From NCBI GenBank assembly GCA_020536535.1, contig JAHLWZ010000582.1, forward strand, positions 15,265 through 79,264: 64,000 nucleotides of DNA, in the 5' to 3' direction. The first letter of the stretch is position 1. Each line of letters opens with the position of its first letter. The position numbers and the translations under genes were made by a program. Positions 22,907 to 34,618 of the stretch are shown here, piece after piece. Under the pieces are notes generated by a model. That model made no database searches, was not told the origin of the DNA, and was given only the letters and a program-made list of their open reading frames with translations. This DNA comes from Pelomyxa schiedti (lineage: Eukaryota > Protista > Evosea).

Positions 22907-25900
22907 ATGCGAGTGGTGTTTAACTTCGACGACCAAGGGAGACACAGACCCGGCGAATTCGTTCCGGTACTTCTGGTTTCCGGCCACGTCGAGGCATTAT
23001 GGGTCCCCTCCCTGCTTCGCAAGTACCTTTACTTTTCAAGATCTCGTTATCCTTCCACTCTTTTTTTTTTCTTACAATGTTTTAGGAATGGAGCGACTGG
23101 CTGGGTCACGGATGTGGAACTACCAACGGATACTGATTTGGAATACAAATATATTTTATTGAGGGGAGATGGTTCTGTTTCATGGGAGAGTGTATGTTCC
23201 GAGGCCTTGGAGAAAAATTTTTAAAAATGACTTTGGAATAGGAGGCAATCAAATTGACTATACCAAGGAGTTCTGCTGGCATGGAACTCAACTCTTCATA
23301 TGATGACAAAAGAGGTGTACCTGTCTCCATTTCGGCACCTCCTGCTCGATCGACCCCTGTGGAGAAAGTATCTTCGAAGTCTGCCGACAAAATGAAAAAC
23401 GTCTTGCACACTGGTTTGTCTCTGTTAGTGGTGGTAGTGCAATAAAGATGATTTTTAGGCTGGATGACCAAGTGTGGTGCTCGTGTGAAGAGCTGGAAGA
23501 AGAGATTCTTCATCCTTCAAGACCTCAAGCTTTCGTACTATGCAGACCCCAATGTGTGTTTGTTTTTATAGTTATTGTTGGAAACTTATGCCCAAAAATC
23601 TTACTTTTCTCTAGAAAGGTGGCGCTAAAGGTGATATCGTTGTCAAAGAAATAAAAGCAGTGAAAGTTGGTGTCCTCAAGTCAAAAAATGCTGGACAGCA
23701 GGGCTTATTGGTTGTCACACCCAAACGTATTCCTATATCATGCTCGTTTACTTTAGTGACTGTTTCTGCAGGAAACTTTGCGATGTTTTCAGATGATGAA
23801 GAACAAACGCAGATGTGGCTGAACAAGTTTCGTGAATTAAAGATTGATGTGGAGAATGTTTTTGATGGCAAAATGCTTACAGCCTTAATGCATCAGCAAA
23901 TGCCCGCAACAGCTGCTCCTGCCGCAACCGGAGGAGGTCCAGCAAGCACATCACCGACAGGTGTTCTTCCTTCCCAGCATCAAGTATCCTCAACTACAGT
24001 GTCATCAACCTCAACCTCAACCTCGACCTCGACGTCTACCTCGACTTCGACTTCGACTTCAACATCAACCTCAACCACACCTTCCTCCATTACAACAAGT
24101 CCTTCCACCTCTACAAGTCCATCCACTTCAACTGTTCCAGCTACAACTGTATACTTTTTTCCCCCGCTTGCTTTGCCTTTACACCTTTCTTCCCAGGATC
24201 CAGACGTTGATAATGCCTTTTCTGAAAATCCAGTTGTTATCCTTACAACACATGATAATAAGCGTCTCAGCTCACGGCCAATGCTAATGCGCAAAAATGA
24301 TTCCCTTGGATATTACATGGCCACAGCAAAAACCTCAAAGAAGATTTCTCACATCTCTGCAAACCCTAATGCAATAATCTTATGGGGCAAAACTGACTTC
24401 ACCACATCACAGTACATCGAGGTACGTGAGAATCCTTTTGCCTTGGCTTATTCTTTCAGACACAAGTTACGATTTCTGTAACTACAAGTGAATCCACTAA
24501 AAAAGTTGCTTGGCAACCTTCAATGAGCCAGGTTTAAACATAAACATGAAGTTTCTTAAGTCTAAGAACCATAGTACTTCTCTGGCCCCACTGACCCAAA
24601 TATGGCTGTTCTCACTTTGAGTATTGCCAAACCATCTGTTATCAACCTTTCTCTCCCAGTTCTCCATATGGTTTGAAACAAAGCCATTTCCTCACTTTAA
24701 TATTTTGAAAGGATTATGTTGAAGAAGCTCGGAAAATATCTGATGTTGTTATACTTTCCACCTTCTCTGGAAATCGAATGTCCAGCCGCCCAATGAAACT
24801 TCAGAATCACCCAGAGGTTGGGTATCATTTCCTGACACATAAAGGGTCAAAGAAGCTTGACCACATTGCGGCGTCACCAAAAGGTAGCTTACTAATTGGA
24901 AATATTGGGACGGGAACCAAGAAATTCGCGAAGGTAACGATGAGTCTTTTTTTCTTCAAGTTAGTGATTTTTCACACAGGCGAAAGTGGAGCTTGTGGCA
25001 ACAACAGACTCTGAAATTATCAGGAAAATTTGGAAGGATGATTATCGCCAGTTTGGTTATACTGGTGTCGACGACCCCAACCTGGTGGTACTCAAGGTGA
25101 AATTCGTCCTTGTCACCGTTGTTGACATGACCGTTGTCCCTCAAACGCTCCAAATGGTGAGACTTTGAACCCGTGTTTGTAAACTTGACCACAACATAGG
25201 GCAGCATGGATGCAGCCTATGCCGAGAACGAGATTGTTATTCTAACCACCAAAGATGGCCGCTCGTTCAGTTCCCGCCCGATGTTGATGCGAAAGCACTC
25301 TGTCGTTGGCTACCACTTCATAACTCGCAAGTCAACCAAAAAGATAGCTCAAATTACCAAATCTCCCGGCGTTGAAATACTTGTTGGAAAACTGGACTCA
25401 ACTGGTTCATTCGTGCGGGTATGGATTTTCCACTGTTGTTTCATGTTTAAGCAGGTCAAGGTTGCCGCTCAAGCTGAGGTGTCTGATGATCCCTACATAA
25501 AAACTCAACTATGGAATGATTCCTATCGGCAATTTGGGTATAGCGGTCCCACTGATCCTTCAATGATTGTTATCCTTCTTAAAATCGTGTCAATCAATGA
25601 GACCCGATTGCCAACATTAAAGAAAGAAATCAACATGGTTTGCTTTTAGATGTAAATAGAGCCTACTTATTTAGACTTCCAGGTGCCTTTGCACAATGCC
25701 TATGCCGCATCACCAATTGTAAGCCTATGTACGCACTGCAATTCACGAATTAGCAGTCGTCCTATGTGGATGCGCTTCCAGGAAAAATATGGCTACCACT
25801 TCTGCACGCGGAGAGCCTCACACAAATTGGAGGAAATAACGTCCAATCCCACTGTAACAGTACTAGTTGGAAAAACCGATTTTTCGTCAACTGGATATGT

Positions 25901-28685
25901 ACAGGTAAAACAAGACAGATTTTACTCTTTTTGTAACATCCTTTCAACAGGTCACAGCAAAAGCGACCATTTCTGATGACGAGGCAACGAAGATTTCTCT
26001 GTGGAAAGACGACTATAAGGCGGTAAGTGAGACCCTTGGACATTCTACAACTGATCATTCTTCCTCGGAAGTTCGGGTTTTCTGGTCCAGCTGACCCTGT
26101 TTTTGTTGTCATTCTTCTTGAAATTACTGATATCTCAAGTTCTATTCTCACTCCCTCGAAAATTGATATGGTAACACCCTTCTTCTCTTTTTTTCCTTTG
26201 ACGCGGTGCACAGACCCCAATTGACGAAGCCTACGCAGCCTCTCCCATCGTCAACCTTGTTACCCACAATGAAAAACGACTATCTTCTCGTCCCATGTGG
26301 ATGAGGAAACATGAAGAATTAGGATACCATTTTTGCACACGGAAGGGCTCCAATAAATTGGCCCAAATAGTGGCTCACCCCGAAGTTAACATTTTGGTTG
26401 GAAAAACTGATTTTACTACCAAACTTGTGACACAGGTTACCTCACTTATTTTCTGTGTCCAAGTAAAAATTGGATTTAGTTAAGAGCAAATGCTCGCGCT
26501 GATGAATCCCCTGAAATGAAACGCAAACTCTGGAAAGATGACTACACACAATTTGGTTTTACTGGGGCTGATGACCCGAATTTCGTGCCAATTCTTCTTA
26601 CACCCCTTGGGGTAGTCACCTCAAAAATTGGTAGCTCTTCACCTGATGTATGTAACGTTGGAGATGTATTGAAGATGAACTTAACAACACCTAGATGGCA
26701 CCAGTGGATTCTGCATATGGACACTCACAAATTGTTAAGTTGAGTACACATGTGGGGGCCAGAATATCAAGTCGCCCAATGTGGATGCAGTATCACCCAC
26801 AAACAGGATACCACTTCTGCACTCGCAGAGGGTCCCGAAAACTAGAGCAAATAGCTGTGAACTCAGAGGTTGAAATATTTGTTGGAGACATTTCCTTCAA
26901 GTCAACTGGTTTCGTTTCGGTATCGCATCATTTGTTTCACCTTCTTTCTTATCTTTTCAGTTCAAAGCAACTGCGAGAATAGATGAGACAGCGGAGCTAA
27001 AATCTAAGTTGTGGAAGGACGACTATAAGCAGTTCGGTTACACAGGCCCTGAGGATACAAATCTCGTGTTAATATTGTTGACCCCCTCATCCGTTGACGC
27101 CACTAAAATGAACATTGCCGCAAGTCCAAAACTTGACGTACCATCCATTAAACACCCTTAAAAACCTTTCTTATTTGGGTGTAGATGAAACCATTTGATG
27201 CTGCCTATGCCGTTACACCGATAGTATCATTGTCTACTCATGCTAACAATAGAATTGCCGCACGTCCAATGTGGTTGAGGCATCACGCTGAAGTGGGATA
27301 TCACTTCTGTACCCATAAAGGAACACCCAAACTGCAACAGATTCAGAGCAATCCTGATGTTTCCCTTGTTATTGGCAGTTCTGGATTTGACACTAAACTC
27401 TTTGTTAAGGTTGGCGGGCCTTACTTCTAAACTGATCTAATCTCTTCAAGGTTCAAGCACTTGCTCACATAGACGAATCAAGTGAAATGAAGAATAAACT
27501 GTGGCAAAGCGATTACACGGCATTTGGTTACACAGGCCCAGAGGATCCCAACTTTTCCATTATTCTACTCACGATACAAGCATTGGAGGTTACCAACCTA
27601 GCTTCAACTCCAGTTGATGTATGGAAATTAGTGCATCTGTTCTAAATTTTTCGCTTAAAACAAACAGATTTCTCCAATTGATTCGGCATACAAAACTTCA
27701 CAAATTGTATCCCTAGCCACACACGCTGGTGGCAAAATTCATAACAGGCCTATGTGGATGAGATACCACAAAAATCTTGGCTATCACTTCTGCACAACAA
27801 AGCCATCACAGAAGATAACAGAAATTTCTGCCAATTCGGACGTTTACGTTGTTGTCGGCAGAACTGATATTTACAGTAAAGGCTTTGTTCAAGTAAGAGT
27901 CACCTCTCAATTCGGGGATTAATTTTTTTTTTTTTGTAGGCAGCCGCTAGGGCTACTATCTCTGAAGAGCAACATCTGAAGAACGATGCTTGGAGAGATG
28001 AATACAAAGCTGTATACCTTCTTCTGATTTTCCCTTTGTTTACAAAAACCGACACAGTTCGGCTATTCCGGACCTGACGACCCCAAGTTTGTTCTTATTT
28101 TACTTCAGTGGACCTCGGTGAGTCATGTAGCTATGCCATCCCCAAAACAGGATACTGTAAGGATTTTTTTTTCAAAAACCATAAATTCACTAAAGTCACA
28201 GACTCTTCTTGATGAAGCGATGGCAGCTAATCCCGTTGTGTCCCTGAGCACACATGACTCTAAGAATAGGATTTGCTCCCGTTTCATGATGTTACTTAAG
28301 AACAATGACCTCGGCTACTACATGACCACTCATGCCGGCACCCCCAAGTTGGCTCAAATAAAGCAGGAACTCTACGTTTCTATGCTTGTGGGCAGCACCG
28401 AGTTTACTTCTTCAGGCTTTGTTCAAGTACCAATCCCGCAAATTTTCTCACTAGCCACTGACTTGCTTTTAGGTGGATGCCGATGTAGTCATCCACGAAG
28501 ACCAGGAAACTAAGGATAAAGCGTGGCAGAGCCAGTTCACATCTGTATGCAATCCACACTTATATCTCCACATAACTGATCGGTCTCTAAAACAGTTCGG
28601 CTACACCGGCCCAACTGACCCCGCCTTTGTTGTGATGGTCCTCACACCCAGAGCTATCAAACACACCAAACTGGGCAAACCCTAA
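22907..28685 (+). CDS. Large multidomain protein: CBM20-like starch/glycogen-binding domain, PH domain, S/T linker, nine tandem PNPOx-like (GSP26/YdaG-type) split-barrel FMN-binding domains
   Basis: WVTDVELP..LEYKYILLRGDGSVSWES (CBM20). GWMTKCGARVKSWKKRFFIL..LSYY..GDI..EEQTQMWL (PH). Nine repeats of L(S/T)T..(S/A/N)R(P/F)M...GY(H/Y)(F/M)xT..(S/T)xK...W...(F/Y)(G)x.GP.DP start near 24196, 24712, 25206, 25683, 26214, 26695, 27185, 27668 and 28202. All exons join in frame through GT-AG introns; stop TAA at 28685. Confidence 0.88.
24005..24130 (+). repeat. Degenerate hexamer repeat (TCAACC/TCGACT) encoding an (ST)n linker
   Basis: Direct inspection; lies between the PH domain and the first split-barrel repeat. 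Confidence 0.85.
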
Positions 28686-28923
28686 ACCAACAAATAAGAG
28701 CAAGGCATGGAAAAACCGGGACTTTTTATTACTCCCTCTTTCCGCTAAAATGACATTTGGCTGAATAAAAAAAACACCAGACCGCCGATCCTCTGAGCGA
28801 CGAGAACGAAAATTACAGCGTTCCGGTCAGTTGATTAATTGATTCCGCCATTTAACGTTCGATTGATTCTCATTTCTCCAATTTTTCCGTCTCGTGCCAA
28901 CCCCACAAGGAGAGTGCACCAAC

Positions 28924-30396
28924 ATGGCGTCACCGGCCCCCATGCCTCCGCGACGACCTCGAGAAACCGTGGTGCGGCGCACCCTGCCCTACGCCAGCGA
29001 CCCGGCCTTCCGCTCCAAGAACGTGAGCGCCCTGGGGGTCATGCGGGTCGGCAAGCTCCTGGAGCACCTGGACGCGCTGGCCGCCCTCGTGGCCCACCGC
29101 TACGCCGCGTGGCCAGCCCCCGCCCCGCCGCCACCGGCCGCTGTCCCGGTCTCGCCGGCCACAGCCACCACGGCGGACTCTGCCTCGGACTCGGCGGCGG
29201 CCAGCCCGCCACCGTCGCGGCCCGCGTCGCCGGTCTCGGCGCTGGAGGCAGCGAGCGTGGCCACGGCGGCCGTGGACCGCATCATCGTGCCTATGGACTT
29301 CACGCGGGTCACCAGGGACGTGGTGCTCGAGGGGCGGGTCACGTGGGTCGGAAGGACGTCGATGGAGGTGATGATCGACGCGAGGCTGAGCGGCTACGGC
29401 GAGCTGGGAGAAGGCGGCGCCGCAATTGTGGGATCATCACCGTCATCATCTTCCCCGTCGCAGCCGAGACTAGTGGCGATGTTTGTGTTCGTTGCAAAGG
29501 ACATTGTCACACGGAAGCCTGTGGCTATTTCACCCCTCGTTCCTGAGACTGCTGAGGAGATTAGATGGAATGAAGACGCGGCTAGTGAGTCCTATTTTTG
29601 CAATTGCATTAAAGTTGGATGGGAGTCCATTCCACCTTCGTTTTTGTTTTCTTTATGTGGGTACCCCACTTTTGCTCTCAGTGTTTCTCTTGTAATTGGT
29701 GAATTGTTGACCTTACCACATCACAGAGAGACAACAGCAGAGGAGGAAGAGGGTGGAGGAATCCTTAACAAACAAGCCTCCCACCGCTGAGGAGTGGGAA
29801 TCTATTCACTCGTTTTTTGTAGAGGCCAACCAGCCAGCTAAGCTTCACCCGCCGCGGCCATCAATAACAATTGCGAAAACTGAATTCAACAATCTCGTGT
29901 ATATGCACCCACAGGTGAGTCTAGTGGTTGCATATTCCATTTCAACTTAATCATAATTCTTCAGAAACGCAATGCAAATCAAACAATCTTTGGTGGATTT
30001 CTTATGAGACTGGCTTTTGAACTGGCTTGGGTGACTGTGCATGTGAGTGATTCTTGATCAGATTGTATTAGGTATAACAGCACACAGTTGGTGTACAAAG
30101 AAGAACCAAGATTCCTGAGCGTTGACGACCTCAACTTCTTGAGACCCGTACAAGTTGGCTCAGTTGTTACGCTTCGCTCCCGCATTGTTTATTCTGAAGA
30201 AAACACTGTGCATGTAACAGTTGACACCCGAGTCCACCAACCAAAATCTGAGAGCCAGCTGACCTGTGTCTCTCACCTCACTTTTGCAGTCCCTCACACT
30301 GATATGTTCCTGGTTGTGCAGCCTGAAACATATGAAGAGGCAATGCTATTCCTGGAAGCCAAACGGCGGCACACATCCCATACACAGGTTTCTTGA
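28924..30396 (+). CDS. ACOT9: Acyl-CoA thioesterase 9-like double-hotdog protein
   Basis: MRVGKLLEHLDALA, VATAAVDRI, GRVTWVGRTSMEV, MHPQKRNANQTIFGGFLMRLAFELAW, VDDLNFLRPVQVGS, VQPETYEEAMLFLEAKRR. Confidence 0.92.
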
Positions 30397-30642
30397 TATT
30401 ATATCATATCATAAACGGACTCTCACACTCCTTAGGTGGTGATCACTGACCAGGCTACGGATTCCCCTGACTTTGGTCCTCTTGTTGGGATTCCAGCTCA
30501 GGTAGCCAAGAGCCTTTCTGCCCTGTGATCCAATTACCTAAACAAGAAAAACGCCTGATCACTTTCATCTGGAAGTTGCTTCTCCAAAAGTTCAAAACTT
30601 TCTGAACTTCCAAGTAGTTGAGGTGTGCTGTGCGACAAAACA

Positions 30643-33600
30643 ATGACGTCGAGGGGAAACGCAAACGCAGGGCGTGCCCCTTTCATTGCAGTTGCTATTT
30701 TGATTGGATGGGCGGCTGTTGTGGCGGTGTCCGAGGAGACAGTGACGTCACTCACGTCGTGGAGGATGGTGGCGGCGACAGAGACTGGCGGGGCCACCGG
30801 TGGGCAGATATCCACGCCGGGGTTTGATGACAGCGGGTGGTATGACGTCACTGTGCCCTGCACTGTTTTGGGTGGATTATTGCAGGTCCGAAAATATACA
30901 CAAAAATTAAGTTTCCTCCCTTCACAGAGACCCACATTTTGTGACTGAGAGTTTTCATTCACTCTACGACTATTACCCTTTTTGGATTCATCTTTAATTA
31001 CCTTGTATGTTTCCTACTTGGATTGCACAGAACGGGGTGTATGAAGACCCATTTTATGGCATTAACTTGCAGTCAATCTCATCAGAACCCTTCAATTCCA
31101 CCACGTGGTGGTATCGCACCGAGTTTTCAACAACTAGTGATCTGGCTGGTGAACAATTGACTGTGCTATTCAAAGGGTACAAACAACATAAATGATGGCA
31201 TCTTAGTTAACAAACTCCATCTCAACAGTATTAACTACCGGGCCAATGTATGGGTCAACGGGATTCAGATCGGCAAGGAGGAGGACATTGTGGGGACTTT
31301 TAGGTGGTTCTCGTTTGACATCACCTCATATGCTCTTGTTCCGGGGACCAACTCGTTGGCCGTGGAAATATACAAACCTGAAGACGTTTCCATAGGTTCC
31401 TCAACTTCAACGGATCTAGCAATTTCCTTTGTTGATTGGTCACCTGAGCCTCCTGATGGTTCGATTCATTTTGTGAAGCATTTGAGTGACCGTGCACCCA
31501 GGTAACATGGGTTTATGGCAAGAAGTAGTTTTCCAGAAAAAATCTGGGCCAGTTGCTATTGCCTATCCTCAAGTATCAGCTGAACTCGGTTATGGGACAA
31601 ATAACACAGTGACTTCTGCAAGTGTTACAATTCTGTTGGAGTTGCACAACTATGGTCCTGTGGCCAAGTCGGGCACTGTCTTTGCTTCAATTCCACAATC
31701 GGGGACAGTTTCACAAACTGTCTCTGTCTCTGCCTACTCCGATTTGCAAGTGATTTTTACTCCCGATCTGTTGCGTGACTTCCTTTTTCAGTGTCCTTGG
31801 TTTATTTTACCCACAAGTAGATTCCCGACCCTCGTGATCTCCAATCCAGAGTTATGGTGGCCATGGCAAATGGGTGCACAGACACTACAAACGCTTACAG
31901 CTTCGTTTGTCATAGGGTGAACTACCTTAAACCTTTGCTTTTTGTTGTCTTATTGTAGTAGAGCTCAGGTATCTGATAGCCTCACAACTCAGTTTGGTCT
32001 TCGCCAAGTGACTTCAGAGCTCATTGATGGCAACCGTTTATTCACGTATGACCTCATTGCATGATTCACACTTAAAGGAAACAGGGTGAATGGAAAACCT
32101 ATTCTGATTCGAGGCGGAGGATTTACACCTGACCTATTTCAACGAGTCAATTCAGCACGGCAAGAAACCGAGATGACGTATTTGGTAAGAGCTCTCCNNN
32201 NNNNNNNNNNNNNNNNNNNNNNNNNNNNNNNNNNNNNNNNNNNNNNNNNNNNNNNNNNNNNNNNNNNNNNNNNNNNNNNNNNNNNNNNNNNNNNNNNCCC
32301 CCCCCCCCCCCCCCCCCCCCCATATATATATATCCCCCCCGCTCTGCTGACTAATTAGTTTTCAGCGAGACATGTACATGAATACAATACGACTTGAAGG
32401 GAAAATGGAAAATGATCACTTTTTTGACTTGGCTGACCAGTATGGAATGCTAGTAATGCCTGGGTGGTGCTGTTGTGTAAGGTTTCATAAACTGGGAAAC
32501 CTCTTATGAAAAATAGGATGCGTGGCAGCATTGGGATCTCTGGGGAGACGAAGAGCATTTTGTGGCACAGGAATCCACAAGATCGCAAGTACGGCGTCTT
32601 AGGATTCATCCTTCTATTTTTGTATTCTTGTACGGTATGCACTACTACTTTTCTGTGCAGTTATATTCATATTTCTCTAGGATCTGACCAATCTCCACCT
32701 TTGAGCGTTGAAGAGGAATTCCTTGCTGTTTTTGATGAAGAAATGTGGGTATTACCAACACTTGCCTCTGCAGCTGACACAACATCGATAGTGACAGGGC
32801 GAACTGGGGTGTGTAACTCTCCATAGAATCTTTTTGTACTCAAACACACAGGTAAAAATGACAGGGCCCTACTCGTGGGTTCCACCGAATTACTGGCTGA
32901 CTGATGACGGAAAATATGGCGGGGCGTGGGGATTTTTCACTGAAGGAGGGCCTGGTGAGGCTCCACTAACCTATGAGAGCCTTGCTAGGTACTTCTTTGA
33001 GACTGATTCACTTAATAACATTTTTGTGCAGAACACTACCTGAAGAACACCAATGGCCCATAGACAGCTGGTGGGACTACCACACCTCGACAGGAACAAT
33101 TGGGGATCTGAGTGATTTCACTCCCCCTCTCAATGGTATTTTGTTTGGTGCTAAGTGCTTCTAAGCAATGTTTACAGCGCGCTATGGGACAACAAAGAAC
33201 GCTGTGGATTATTCCTATACCTCCCAGGTTGCCAACTATGAAGGATTGCGGGCTCTGTTCGAAGGTTACTCACGGAATAAGTATACAGCCACTGGTGTCA
33301 TACAATGGATGCAAAATAATCCCTGGTTTATTTTCAGCCATTCCATGCTCTATCTGATTTTCTTTTTTTTTTCTTCCCTTCATTAATAAAACCAATTCAG
33401 GATATCTTTCAAATGGCACTTGTATGTCCCTGATTATCGTTGGCTTCTAATTGATATTTGAAAGTTATGACTACTTCCTTGTCCAAGGTGGGGGCTACTT
33501 CGGTTCAAAGAAAAGTTGCGAGGTATCCGACCTTCTGTGTGCTTTTTCTCATGCTATTTACGCAGCCACTTCACATCATGTATGCTTATGATGACAACAG

Positions 33601-34366
33601 CATTTATGTTGTCAACAGTCTCTACACTGCGTATACAGATGTACTTCAAGCCTCAGTGCAAGTCATTTTGTTGAACGGAACTGTATCATATTCTACCTCG
33701 GTTACTGTACCCTCTGTGGAAGCCGACAGCGCCATTAAAATATTTTCCAATGTACCCAGTGTACCATCAGGAGTAACCGGGGTATACTTTTTGAGGCTAA
33801 TGCTTAAAAAAAGTGCAGAAGTGGTGTCCGACAACTTATATTGGCTGTCAACACAACAAGGTAATAAGTATATTCCCAATCTCGCGGTAACAGACTCCAC
33901 AGACATCCTTGCATGGAAACTCACCATGTGGTACCGTACACCTTGCAGTCAATGGGCTGACTTTACAAATCTCCGTACATTACCTGTGATAAATTTGAAG
34001 GTATGGAGAAAGCCCATCCTTCCCATCATTTGACTTGATGAGGTTACCACAACAACCCAAGTCAGCGATGACAAAGCTCTGACCACTGTGACCGTAGCCA
34101 ATCCTACTAGCTATGTATGTACATGCCACATAAACACAGCTTCGAATATCCCCTAAGCTGTGCCTGCTCAGGTTGCTTTCTTTGTGCGCGCCATCCTACA
34201 GTGCTCTGGTGTGGATGTAGTTCCCGTTTTGTGGAGTGACAACTATGTGACTCTAATGCCCAACGAGGCCCAGACACTCACAGCATCATGCCTGTCCTCG
34301 CAACTCTCTGCCTGCCAAAACACACCCACCATCTCCACGGAATCCTTTAATAACAATGCCCGTTGA
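30643..34366 (+). CDS. Glycoside hydrolase family 2, exo-beta-D-glucosaminidase (CsxA-like), secreted; an assembly gap falls inside one intron
   Basis: Signal peptide, VPCTVLGGL, WWYRTEF, INYRANVWVNG, NPELWWPWQMG, NGKPILIRGGGFTPDLF, NTIRLEGKME, MPGWCC, GSDQSP, KMTGPYSWVPPNYW, GFFTEGGPG, WSDNYVTLMPNE. Confidence 0.92.
32198..32297. other. Assembly gap (100 N) followed by poly-C and (TA)n
   Basis: Run of N between a GT donor (32185) and a downstream acceptor of the GH2 gene. Confidence 0.99.
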
Positions 34367-34618
34367 AGTGGGTACTTTTAAATTTCCCTTTCTGTTATTC
34401 AATGCAGACAAACTAGAAGAAAAGATGAAAATAAACCAGAACTCAAAAGATATATTTTGAACAACGTACAAACTCAAAAGAAAAAAGAGCAGAGTAAATG
34501 AAGAGCTGAATCCCCTTTTTTTTTTTCCTTCCAAAAAAAAAAAAACGACAGCAGAAGCATCTCGGATCAAGCAGAAGGCGCTCAAGCCAAGGTGTTCCAC
34601 ATCAAGAGAGCACACACC

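Noticed and set aside
24196-28685. Nine separate small genes, a DNA repeat array or a CRISPR-like array
   Set aside because: Stops fall only inside GT-AG introns, the exons join in frame, and the similarity is at protein level with diverged DNA.
32298-32340. Poly-C/(TA)n read as a poly-Pro ORF
   Set aside because: Gap-edge low-complexity sequence inside an intron, likely an assembly artefact.
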